This document shows, one piece after another, positions 50,418 through 61,799 of a stretch of DNA of 64,000 bases (positions are counted from its first letter, which is position 1; each line of letters starts with the position of its first letter). The notes beneath the pieces were generated by a model, which was not told the origin of the DNA, made no database searches, and saw only the letters and a list, made by a program, of their open reading frames with translations. Source of the DNA: Octopus sinensis (lineage: Eukaryota); the NCBI RefSeq assembly GCF_006345805.1, contig NC_043001.1, positions 64,604,001 through 64,668,000 of the forward strand, given 5' to 3'. The translations under genes and the position numbers were made by a program.

Positions 50418-50780
50418 CAAGTAGGAGTGGCTGTGTGGTAAGTAGCTTGCTTACGAACTACATGGTTCTGGGTTCAGTCCCACTATGTGGCACCTTGGGT
50501 AAGTGTCTTCTACTATAGCCTCGGGCTGACCAAAGCCTTGTGAATGGATTTGGTAGACGGAAACTGAAAGAAGCCTGTCGTACATATATATATGTATGTG
50601 TGTTTGCGTGTCTGTATTTGTCCCCCCAACATTGCTTGACAACTGATGGTGGTGTGTATACGTCCCCGTCACTTAGCAGTTCAGCAAAAGAGACCAATAG
50701 AATAAGTACTAGGCTTACAAAGAATAAGTCCTAGGGTTGATTTGCTCAAATGACTGAAACAAGTAAAAAAGTAAAAGAGT
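50418..50780 (+). mobile_element. Bipartite SINE at the gypsy pol deletion junction
   Basis: Homology to other copies. No flanking TSD visible. Confidence 0.9.
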
Positions 50781-53700
50781 AAGTACTCTCAGACAAAGAC
50801 TGAGAGCCCATGGTCCAGAATACAAATCAACTGTGCTAGACCAGTGAATGGCACTCACTATTTAATCATGGATAACTATACAAAGTGGCCAGATGTATGC
50901 AGATGTAATAAACCCACAGCAAAGACAACAATAAAGTTCCTACTCGAGTTATTTGCTCAATACAGTGTTCCAGGCACATTAATTTCAGATAATGGAACAC
51001 AGTTCACAAGATATGAATTAAGAAATTTCTGCAAAATACACGCCATAAAACACATCTTTACCACCACCCTACAACCCAAGGTCAAACAAGCAGGTGGAAA
51101 GATTCATCAACACATTCAAAAAAGCTCTAAGAAAAGCTAGGAACAAGCTAGCTAATGATGAGGCATTAACAAAATTTTTGAAAGTATATAGAATAACGCC
51201 AAATCCAAATTCTAATTCAGGAAAGTCACCAGCTGAGTTAATGTTAGCACATAAAATAAAATCAATCTTTAATGAACTTTTGCCAGGAAAAAATACATAT
51301 AAAGGAAAGACAAAAAGTACATTTGAAGGAAATATGAAAAATGTTACAAAACATTTTAAAGTAGGAGATACAGTTCATTTTAAGAATTACAAAAATGGTA
51401 AAGGAAGTTGGGAGGATGGCTGTGTGATCAAAAGATTAGATAACATGATGTATTTAATTAAAGGACAACATTCAGAACATAAGAGACACCTTAACCAGTT
51501 AAAGGTGAGACATACAGAAGAACAAATGGAAGTCTTCTATTATATGTTTGAAGTGCCAGCACCAAGAGATATTGAACCCTGTAGAACTAGCTTCAGAAAT
51601 TGAAAACAGAAGTAATACCTAAATGAAAAAGATATTAAATTTTCAACAAGAGTGTTTAGTACAATGAAAAGAAAAAGTGCTCTGTGCAACGAACAATACT
51701 ACCTTAAAAGTCAGGCAACAATTAAGATACAACAATTAAAAAGAAAAAAAAGAGGGCAAGGTGCTGCAAAGAAAAAATAAAAACAAAAGTTGTCAAAATC
51801 TCAGAAGGGGAGATGTTATGATGAGAGTTATGATGTCCCCTTGCAAGAGATAGACTGGTCTGAGTAAAATACAGATAGTAACAATCCAAGTGAATTCTAG
51901 GTTCAGAGTTCAGAGTCAAGCGAAGTTGGAAGAAATATTGATTGTTGGTTCATAAAGAAATTTGTTAGTCCATTACATTGTTGTTACCATTGCCTGGTTA
52001 TCTTATTTATTGTACATAACAAATTATGTTACAAAAGCCTGTTTTCTCTGGGTTATAGTTATAAGTTTGAAGTGGCTAACCAAACTCTAAGTTTGAAGTT
52101 TGCTTTTAATCCACAGGCATTATAGCTGGAGATGATGAAGGAAAATGTTGTTAAAAAATCCTTTCTGTAAAAGATCTTGAATCATTCTGTTCTATGATCT
52201 GGAATGAAAAGAGAGATTTCATGACTGAATTCAGTTATGAAACAATACCGTAACATCAGCAGTAAATCAGATACAATCAACCTTGCACCATAGTTGTAGG
52301 CAAACTGTATGACGAGAAGGCACTTGGAAGAGACTTAAGAGTTGGATACAGAAAGTCATTAATGTGTACATTCAAAAGAACTGTGGAAGGCAAGATTGAC
52401 ATATCAAATTGGTTTGCTATAGCAGTGATAAATCTTGCAACTAAGAATGAACCAACTAAGTAAACAGAAAACTTTAGGCCCATTACTTGCTAAAACATTA
52501 TGTATAAGCTTTACCCAAGCTGCCTCACCAAATTCTTCCATGATCATTCTGAGTCCCACAACATGGTAGTTTATGAAGAAGGGAGTGTGATAAGCAAAAT
52601 TGTGCTGTCCAAAGAAAACACTACAGAAACTTTGTGACAGTGTGGCTCAGTTATCAGAAAGCATTCAACTCTATTCCCCACTCATGGCTGCTTAAGTCTC
52701 TGCACTTGGCAAAAGTATCTGTTACCTTACTTGCTGTCATTGAGAGGCTTGCAAAGACCTGGGCAACAGTCCTCACACTTACAGCTGAGAATGGAATAAT
52801 TGTCTCTGTTGCAATAAGTATTTCAAAAAGAATATACCAAGCAGATAGTCTTTCTGTAATTGTGTTTATTTTGACATTAAATCTTTTATCATTTCTGTTT
52901 CAGAAATCTTATGATTACATATTAGGATCTACTACTGTTAGAGATAGCAATCTGACCTATAATTTCTTTGTGGATGACCTAAAGATCTATACTAAAAATG
53001 TTTACAATGCAAAGAAAAAAACAGCTGGAGTTAATTACATTTTCAGCAGACATAGGAATAGAATTTGGTCAAAAGAAATGTTTGTATTTGATTACTGAAC
53101 ATTTTGTGTATCAATCTCCTGTTCCACACAAAGACTGCTACAAATATCAGGCATTGATGAAAACATATCCTATCAAAGTGCTGTGAATAAAGACAGAGTG
53201 ACCCAAGAATATTACACCAAACATAGAAAAATATGGCATTGGATCTCTCCTCTTACAATAAGACAATATCCTACAGTGCATTCGTAGTACCAGTGCTGAT
53301 ACCAGCTTTTGGAATATTTGACTGGTATGTAGAAAAAATCCACTCCACAGACATTAAAATCCACAATAACTGGTCTAACATATCTCCAAGAAAACTTGGT
53401 TATGAAATGCTCAGTATATCAAAAATAGATCATTCATGGCTATGTTTCCTGAAGGCTCAAAGATGACACTAATATTAGCATGAAGTGCAGTCTTTCTTGG
53501 ACTCATGACTGTTATATCATGACACTTTGAAAACTGCATTTTCAATCCAAGACCAAATGATTGCTGCAAAATACCTAATAAGTGCAAAAGACAGGGAAGC
53601 TCTTGGAACCCAATTTGCAACCAAGCATGTTGATTATGTCACATTTTTGTGGAAAGACATCATACATGTGGTCAGCAGCTACTAAAAATTATCATCAAAG

Positions 53701-53806
53701 TACTATCTTCTCATTTGACATGACATTATTTCTAAAACAATATACAGGGCCATCTCAAAAAAGATTGTCTTGGGATATATTTGAAGAATTCTCTTACAAT
53801 TAAATG

Positions 53807-56531
53807 TGTAACGAGCTTAGTGTGAATGTGAATATCCTAGTGCACTTTTGGGGTGCACAAAGCAATCACTCACTCGTTCGTTAATAATAATCCATTATCT
53901 CTGCCCGTCAGAAACAACAAGACGCAGACGTGAAATATATATATAACTACTTTATTCTCTTTCTTGGTAACAATAACAATAAGCGTGTTATCTGATGTCC
54001 TTGATTCTGGGCACGCACCGCTATAAGTTAATAGATTGTAATATTTACAATCTTCAGCCCAAAAACAGAAAGGGGTCAAGATGGCGTCGAACAATGGAGA
54101 CGATGTTGGTCTGCAACAATTTGGTAAGGACTGCTAGAAGCTAGTTCCAACGGAGAGAAAATATATTGCGTGACGTCGCCTTCAATCGCTGGGTCCCAAG
54201 TCCTCGATGACTGCTGCTAGTGGTCAAACGTTCTATGACCCCCTTGCCTCGCTAACTACCACGATAGGCAAGCGAGTCGTGCTTCCGGTGGTTCGCGCAT
54301 GCGCGAGAGGGGCCTTTCTGTGCCTTGGTGAAGGCACCAACATGCGCGAAATACAAATGGACCGTGCGCGAGCGCGCGCCGTTGTAAGATCACTACAGGC
54401 TCCCCTCCAGTGCGTACGCACGAAAGGAAACTTATTGTAGTGACTGCAAAACTCAAGGTGGACCAGATAACCAAACAGCACACAATAATATAATGGCAAA
54501 ATTTATAACATACACAAGAAATTTACTAAAGGAAAAAGAGAAAAAAATACTCAATGAGCAAAAATCAAGAGTGCATGCATGAAAGTGTATACGTCACAAA
54601 GCATAGAGCCTTCCGCTGTAGGAAGCGGAGGGAATGCAAAACTCACAGTTAATGAACCTAGGCGAAATAAAATCCAACTTCTCTAAAGGTGGTTGATCCT
54701 GCAAAATAGCAGTTAAATCAATTGCTGCAGGAGAGGAAATGGAATTGACAGAAGCTCGCTAGTAACACAAAAGGCAAAAGTGCAAACATGCTGGTGTGAT
54801 GCGCGACACAGATAATTTTCTGTTAATTACGTGACCAACAGTGGTCTAACAGGGAAAATAATTACGCCCATACATAGGCGCAGCGCATGTGAACATCCGA
54901 CATTCTATGAGTCGGGAAAAGAATTAGGCTAACGCACGTGTTGCAAAAACAAGGCAAGTACACGTGCGAAGCAAAAAACGCATGAAATGCAATAGTGCTT
55001 GCCAGACCAAAAAAACAGCAAGAATATGCCAGTGGTTAAGCGATTATATGCTTCGTTCGTATAGGAACAAAAGTATGACATGCTGGCGCGTTATAATGGA
55101 CAAACAACCCTCTCTATGTATACGTGACCGCTAGGGTCTATAGAAATGAGGGGTGTCCACAAAAGGCAAATTTAGCATGGAAAAAACAAGCGAGAAAAGC
55201 TTGTGTGACGTATGTATGTGAGAGAGAGCATTTATGTGTGTGTACGTGTGTGCGACAGAAATACATACAAGGTGAATGCGAGCAAAAATATAAAAACAGC
55301 GCATAGAAAAAATGTCTCTCAAGGGCTATTCCAGACAAGAATTAGTTTACCAGTCTGTAATAGCCTGATGTACAATAGCAGTTCGTTCTGTAACAGAATG
55401 TTGAAATCACAAAATGCAGATGCCGGTTGAACACCTATCGTGTAGCGGTTGTGGCTTCAATGCTGTGACAGGTTAACTGGAACAGAAGAAATCTCGTAGA
55501 TAGTGCTGGGCTGTGAATTCTTGGTGTGCTAATGCACAAACGGCAAGTGGACCAAACTTCCGCGAGTTGCTATGTACATCTTGGTGGAGGTCGACGGTGT
55601 TGAAAGGTGACGTTGGTGGTGGAAGGCGACTGTAGTGGACTTGGGACAACATTGTTCTTAGTGATGATGGCGACGAAGATAGCGACGACGTGAAGTAGAA
55701 AGACGACGATGATGATGACGAAGGTGGAGAAAAGGCATCGAATATATGATGGCATCCGTCATCATGGCTGTAGAAGAAGAAAGAAGCTCCTTCTACAACT
55801 GTGTGGTGGCCGGAAAACAAATCGTCGAAAGATGAATGCGTAGAGTTAAATCGTGTTCTGACTTCGCAGAAAAACTGGATTTTTTTGTTGATAAGTGATC
55901 TCTGGTTTTAGACCAGAATCACGTCGGGGTCACCACTGTAACGAGCTTAGTGTGAATGTGAATATCCTAGTGCACTTTTGGGGTGCACAAAGCAATCACT
56001 CACTCGTTCGTTAATAATAATCCATTATCTCTGCCCGTCAGAAACAACAAGACGCAGACGTGAAATATATATATAACTACTTTATTCTCTTTCTTGGTAA
56101 CAATAACAATAAGCGTGTTATCTGATGTCCTTGATTCTGGGCGCGCACCGCTATAAGTTAATAGATTGTAATATTTACAATCTTCAGCCCAAAAACAGAA
56201 AGGGGTCAAGATGGCGTCGAACAATGGAGACGATGTTGGTCTGCAACAATTTGGTAAGGACTGCTAGAAGCTAGTTCCAATGGAGAGAAAATATATTGCG
56301 TGACGTCGCCTTCAATCGCTGGGTCCCAAGTCCTCGATGACTGCTGCTAGTGGTCAAACGTTCTACGACCCCCTTGCCTCGCTAACTACCACGATAGGCA
56401 AGCGGGTCGTGCTTCCGGTGGTTCACGCATGCGCGAGAGGGGCCTTCCTTTCTGTGCCTTGGTGAAGGCACCAACACGCGCGAAATACAAATGGACCGTG
56501 CGCGAGCGCGCGCCGTTGTAGGATCACTACA
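53807..56531 (-). mobile_element. Young non-autonomous LTR retroelement (TRIM/LARD-like), 2725 bp
   Basis: LTRs 53807-54397 and 55937-56531 (TG...CA) differ by 7 substitutions and one 4-bp indel by eye. TSD AATG. PPT adjacent to 54398. No gag/pol motifs recognised in the 1539-bp interior. Confidence 0.93.
55918..55935 (-). promoter_or_regulatory. Primer-binding site for tRNA-Trp
   Basis: TGGTGACCCCGACGTGAT one base inside the 5' LTR. This is the same 18-mer as the avian sarcoma/leukosis virus tRNA-Trp PBS. Confidence 0.9.
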
Positions 56532-57589
56532 AATGCATACATAAACATCAACACAAGGAATTTTTGGTGAAATATTCCCAGCAAAACTTTTAGCAAGTAC
56601 AAATGTAACAGACCGGTTATTGTTTGGGACAGAGAAGAAAAAATATGAACTTCTATGGAGGTCAGTTGCCCTACTGATGGGAATATCTCTTCAAAAATCA
56701 AAGAGAAGAGGATAACTAAAGGCAACTGCTTCAAAACCTTCAGCTTCTATACTCAGATTATACATTCATATTTGCACCTAACTGGGCTGTTGACTAGCTC
56801 TTTGCTGTATATCTCTTTGAGAAAAGTTCATTGAGGCACCTTGCTAATGACAACTGCTGAAATGTTTCCATAAATTAAAATCTATGATAGAAGTGGGAAA
56901 CTAAATTTGAACAAAACAGATCAAATTTCTGTGGAAAAAAAAAACTGAATTTTTTTTCAAGTAATCAAATTTTAGTTCAAACTCTTTATAATTTCATTTC
57001 ATGAAACATCCTCTTGATATCAATTTAAAATTTCAAAAACCTGAAATAGAACAGAATTAAAATTTGTATGAATTTACAGTTTGTTTAAGACAGGTTTTTT
57101 ACTATTTATTAATAATATTTTAGAAATAATATATTTATTCACTAGTTTGTGACACAGTATGTTTATAATTTTTTGTTTCTTATGTGGTTTAATCTTTATG
57201 TACACAATGCGGGATTGTAAATCAAAAATTAAATGATTTATGTTTATATTTTTATATTTTTACTCTAGACTACATGTATGTGGCGAAGGGTACTTTTATT
57301 ATGTACTGAAGAAAGTAAGATAACACTTCATGGATTTACAAAGAAATTAGGGTTGGAAAATACTGTGGCTCATGGCTTATTTCATAGATTAGAAAGTGAA
57401 GGATTTATTAAAAAATCTGCAAATGGAAAATTAAAACGGTAATTATATCATACACTGTTTTAAACAAATAAACAAAGAATTTGATATGAAATAAAAATTA
57501 TAAATAAAAGATTCAATTCTAAAATTTTTCTTATTTGATTAAACTTCATTTGCAATAATATCACATTTTATAAATGTATATAATTTTAG

Positions 57590-57686
57590 ATCAACCAAGA
57601 TAATAGATCCAAAGAAATTAGCTGCAGGCTTGCAAAAATACTTCAGTAAGGAAAATATGAAGGAAGACGAAAACTGCTATAATAAT
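57590..57686 (+). CDS. Candidate internal exon of an unidentified host gene
   Basis: TTTTAG| acceptor and |GTAAGT donor, 97 nt. Open frame STKIIDPKKLAAGLQKYFSKENMKEDENCYNN in stop-rich, AT-rich, non-repeat flanks. Confidence 0.5.
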
Positions 57687-57975
57687 GTAAGTTGGCTTAA
57701 TTCATAAAATTCTTCAAAACATATTTAAAATTTGATTGGTTGTAACCAGCACCATCAGAAATTATGAAGGTATTGATTAGGTTAATGAATTATATTAAAA
57801 TATGTTGAGAACACACTTACTCAACAAATTGAGATTTTGGAAACATCCTTCACTTGGGGCACAAGACCATCATATATTCAACAAAGTCTCAGTCACTACA
57901 CATTTCTAATACTGCACTATCTCTAATTATAACCTGTCCATATTTTCCTACACATGCCAATCTACTATTGTTCAC

Positions 57976-58036
57976 GTAGATGAATTGTATCACTTTCACT
58001 GATGTAGATGAATTGTATCACTTTCACTGATGTAGA
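57976..58036. repeat. Perfect 28-bp tandem duplication
   Basis: GTAGATGAATTGTATCACTTTCACTGAT x2. Confidence 0.95.
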
Positions 58037-58184
58037 AGAACCTGCAAGTGTAATGGATACTATCCCTGTCTTTAAAAAGCTGAGGTATTATGTACACATA
58101 GTTTTTTTAATAAAAATTGTTTATATAATTATTGATATATTATTTCTAATCACAATTATACTCAACATAATCATAATTATATTA

Positions 58185-58217
<33 letters not shown>

Positions 58218-58752
58218 GCTGGACCCATATAAACTTCACAGAAAACAAAAAGTGTAAGCATCTGTAAATAGTGACTTCATTTAATAACTATCGAATAATT
58301 ATGTATAAGCAGGACCCTGGGAAATTCTACGAAATACAAGAAATGTAAGCATCTTTAAAAGTAAAATCCAATTATAGTGTAGAAAAGTAAAAGTAATATC
58401 CAATATAGGCTGAGGACCCAGTATATAGAATACAGTAATCAATTATATTGTAGGAAAGTAAAAGTAACAGCCAATATTTGCTGTGGTTTGTATCTGTCTA
58501 CTCTGAAAATACTGATAAGCATTTAAAAACACAAAACGAACACCATCTTCCTTCACTAACCACTCACTCTTTCTCTCTCACTTCCTCTCTGTCCCTCCTC
58601 TCTTTCACTCTGCCACTCACTTCAAATATATCTCCTCTTCTTAACACTTTTATTTCTCTTTTTCTTTCTACCTCTCTCTTCAACTGTAGAAAAGTAACAG
58701 CAACATCCACAGCTATTTGCTGAGATAGACAAACAAAAAGAAAGAGAGTTAT

Positions 58753-59660
58753 TGTTGTGAAATTCTGACACCCCTGTGGGATAGCAAGTCAACTGTCCTA
58801 AACAGTATAAAAGCACATGCACACTGTCAGTGAGGGACAGTGTGGTGTGTGCAGGTGCTTTGTAAAGACAGTTGTAGAAGTCTTAAAGAAGAGATATTGT
58901 TTGTTACGTATTGCTTCTGATTTATATTTGTATTGTTATAACCTTGTTATAAGCCCACATGATAAAGTGGCATATATAGTCAGTTCAGAGAAGGACATAA
59001 TAGTGTCAACAAGACACAACAGTGGCAACGAGACATTCGAAGCTCACAGTGCATGTTCTTAGAATGGAAGATCTATTAGCTTCCGTGGTTCAGTTGCAAC
59101 GGCAACTATAACAACAAGAACGGCAGCAGCAACAACAAGAACAACAGAAACATCAAGAACAGGTACAACAGTAACTACAATAACAACAACAAAATCAACA
59201 GTTGTTGGAATTATTGTTGTAGTCAAAAAACACTTCAGGTTTGTTTTCAGCAGATGTGGTTGCTAATTTAATTGAAGAATTCACATATAATCCAGAAGAA
59301 GGGATTACTTTCTCTGCATACTTCAGAAGGTATGAAGGAATCTTCAAAGAAAAGTGTAAAAGCTAGATGGATGAAAAAAAGGTATGTCTTCTTTTAAGGA
59401 AACTATCACTAGCAGAACATGAAAAGTTTTGTAATTACATTTTGCTGAGAAAACCATCCGAAATTTGTTTTGAAGAAACAATTAAGCTATTGTCTAAAAT
59501 ATTCATTAAAATAAGTTCACTATTCAATAGTTGCTGGGAGTGTTTGAATTTGAAAAAAAAAAAAAAGAAATGGAAGATTTTGTTACGTATGCCAAAATCG
59601 TAAATAGAGAATGTGAATAATTTAAACTCAACAAATTAAGCCCAGACATGTTTAAACTTT
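58753..59660 (+). mobile_element. Gypsy 5' LTR + PBS + gag fragment
   Basis: TGTTGTG...ACAACA (58753-59021) and TGGCAACGAG. Gag is homologous to 48960-49620 (MEDLLAS..Q-rich, YNPEEGITF, FEETIKLLSKIF). Confidence 0.8.
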
Positions 59661-59969
59661 GAGACTCTGTCTCAACTCATGGTTCGCCACTTCATCTTTT
59701 GTGGATATCCCCTCACCACTATCCACATATATACATATATATATATATATACTTAAGGCTTAGTTGTGATCTGAACATAACCGCTTCTGACACAGAGACT
59801 CGGGAGCCCCTTTTGGGCATTCTATTTTCCTTGCTGGAAGGGTTCCCAACCCATGGGCAAAGGAGGCGGGGTAGATGATGGGGGTGGTGTTTTCAAAGGG
59901 CTGGCATGTGCAATCTGATCACCTGCCGATCAAACTCCCAACCCATGTGCTTCTGTTGCAACACTAATT

Positions 59970-60498
59970 CTGCAGAACTGGGTTGGGTGTGAAAACCAAC
60001 TTTAAAGTATAAATATAGATGTTTTTTAATCAGCAATATTGTGTTCGGTTAAGTCCTATTTGGTGTGAAAATTCAATAAACTGATTCCTTATGGGGTTTG
60101 CCATTTAATCAGTATAAAAAAAATCGATAAACCGATTCCTTATAGGATTTCCCAATAAAATTGGCTACACCCCATTTTCAACAATAACGTCTACCAATTT
60201 TGATGTATTTTGTTCAAACTTGATGCCAACATTACTTAGAATTCATGGGATCTTTGAATGCTTTAAGTTCTCCAAGAACAAAAAAAAAAATTGATGAGTG
60301 GAAAAAATCGATAAACTGATTTCTTATGGGATTACCCAATCAAGCTGTCTGCAACTCATTTTCAGCCAAAAGTTTACACATTTCAACGGATTTCACCCAA
60401 ATTTGACGTCGATGTTACTTACTTTGGTTTGAAATGAAGAACTTGATTAGCTTAATAATCCTAACTTAATCCCGGGCAAAGCTGGGTTATACTGCTAG
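59970..60498 (+). mobile_element. Helitron 3' portion
   Basis: CCCGG-GCAAAG-CTGGG hairpin and CTAG|T at 60495-60498. Homologous to 32720-32840. Confidence 0.75.
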
Positions 60499-60521
60499 TA
60501 TTGTATAATAGGAACAATGAA

Positions 60522-60735
60522 GGTAGCAAACTGGCAGAAACCTTAGCACGCCAGGCAAAATACTTAGTGGTATTTTGTCTGTCTTTACGTTCTGAGTTTA
60601 AATTTTGCCAAGGTTGTCTTTGCCTTTCATCCTTTCGGGAGTCGATAAATTAAGTACCAGCTGCACACTGGGGTTGATCTAATCAACTGGCCCCTTCCCC
60701 AAAATTTCAGCCCTTGTAACTAGAGTAGAAAAGAA
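60522..60735 (+). mobile_element. tRNA-derived SINE (head and centre as 16078, different tail)
   Basis: Shared GCCTTTCATCCTTTCGG..GTCGATAAATTAAGTACCAG. Confidence 0.85.
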
Positions 60736-60739
60736 TATA

Positions 60740-61382
60740 ATAGTTTTTCGAGATAAAGTTTTCTTCAATACAATGTTTCCGAGAAACAGCAGCAGCAGTT
60801 TTAAATCTGTCCTTTTTAACCAACTTTACCATAGCACGATCTTCTCTCTTGGTTGTTTTTCTTGGCCTACCTGAAAACTTTCTTGCTTCACACGAACCAC
60901 AATCATCGTAGACCTTAAGAATACTGTGTACAACACTTTTTGACTTGTTAACAATCTTAGCAATAGATCCAATACTTAAATTATCCTTCCTTCGAAGCTT
61001 AATAATCTGCTGACGAATTGGTAACGGAGTAAGTGGCATTATATTAACAAAGTACACTGCAAATATTCTTACTAACGTTTAGTAAACGAACCGTCACGTA
61101 AACAAATTCAAAACATTAGAGTTTGCCGGTTAAATATACTAAAACACGGAGTAAAAGCAACCGTTCTGATCATTTTGGCTGCCATGGGTTTTGCAGTAAA
61201 TCACTAAATCATCCATAACTTTTGTATTATCCTCTCAAATTACACCAAAATCTCAGGAAATAACAAATAATATCGTATTTATTGTCTGTGAAAATTATAG
61301 AATATAAAACAACTTTGATAAAGAAATTGTATCTACTTTTCTGATGAAAACAATGCCGTTCTGAACATTTTGGCTGCCACTG
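60740..61382 (-). mobile_element. Tc1 5' half with IR/DR-type TIR and HTH domain
   Basis: TA|CAGTGGCAGCCAAAATG terminus. ATG at 61039: MPLTPLPIRQQIIKL..SI..IAK.V.KSKS.V..I...SGRPRKTTKREDR. Confidence 0.88.
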
Positions 61383-61799
61383 TATGTGCTCACTGTCCTG
61401 CATATGTTTATGAGTGTCTTTACTTACTACTTCCTGGGTGATGAACACACCACCATCTTATGCTCAGCAACACAGGATATTGCAATTCTGGCTATGAGGC
61501 TTTCCATGGATTATATGTTGCATGATAAATTGTTTATTCAATCAACACCTATCGACTCACAATGCCATTACGGACAGCCTATTCATGAACATATAATTAT
61601 GTACAGCTTATCTAACCAATATGCATAAATGCACCAGTTAATTAGAACACATGCTATGTGCATGAAATTATTGCTGTATTAATGTTGTATTATGCTGTGT
61701 TGTTTCATTTTTTTATCACATTGTCTAGTTTTACTTGATATGACCCATGGAATACAACATTGGAGTGTATCTATATGTCTGACTAAACTCGAATATATA

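Larger units (their letters stand above)
48630..52036 (+). mobile_element. Ty3/gypsy LTR retrotransposon lacking RT-RNaseH
   Basis: 5' LTR 48630-48887 and 3' LTR 51814-52036, TSD GCCTG on both sides, PBS-like TGGCGACAAGG at 48891, PPT AGAAGGGGAGA. Contains gag, protease LQLDTGSDISII (~50070-50105) and integrase ISDNGTQF..ERF. Confidence 0.92.
52270..56800 (+). mobile_element. Degenerate RLE-type (R4/NeSL-like) non-LTR element split by the LTR insertion
   Basis: FRPITC, WLSYQKAFNSIPHSWL, IYQADSLS and FFVDDLKIY before 53806. NRPVIVWDR..EVSCP.D.NI..K.KEK after 56532. Confidence 0.75.

Noticed and set aside
55473-55820. 115-aa ORF in the LTR element interior as gag
   Set aside because: It is low-complexity Ser-rich with no capsid or zinc-knuckle motif and a non-ATG start. 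It is noted only as a possible accessory peptide.
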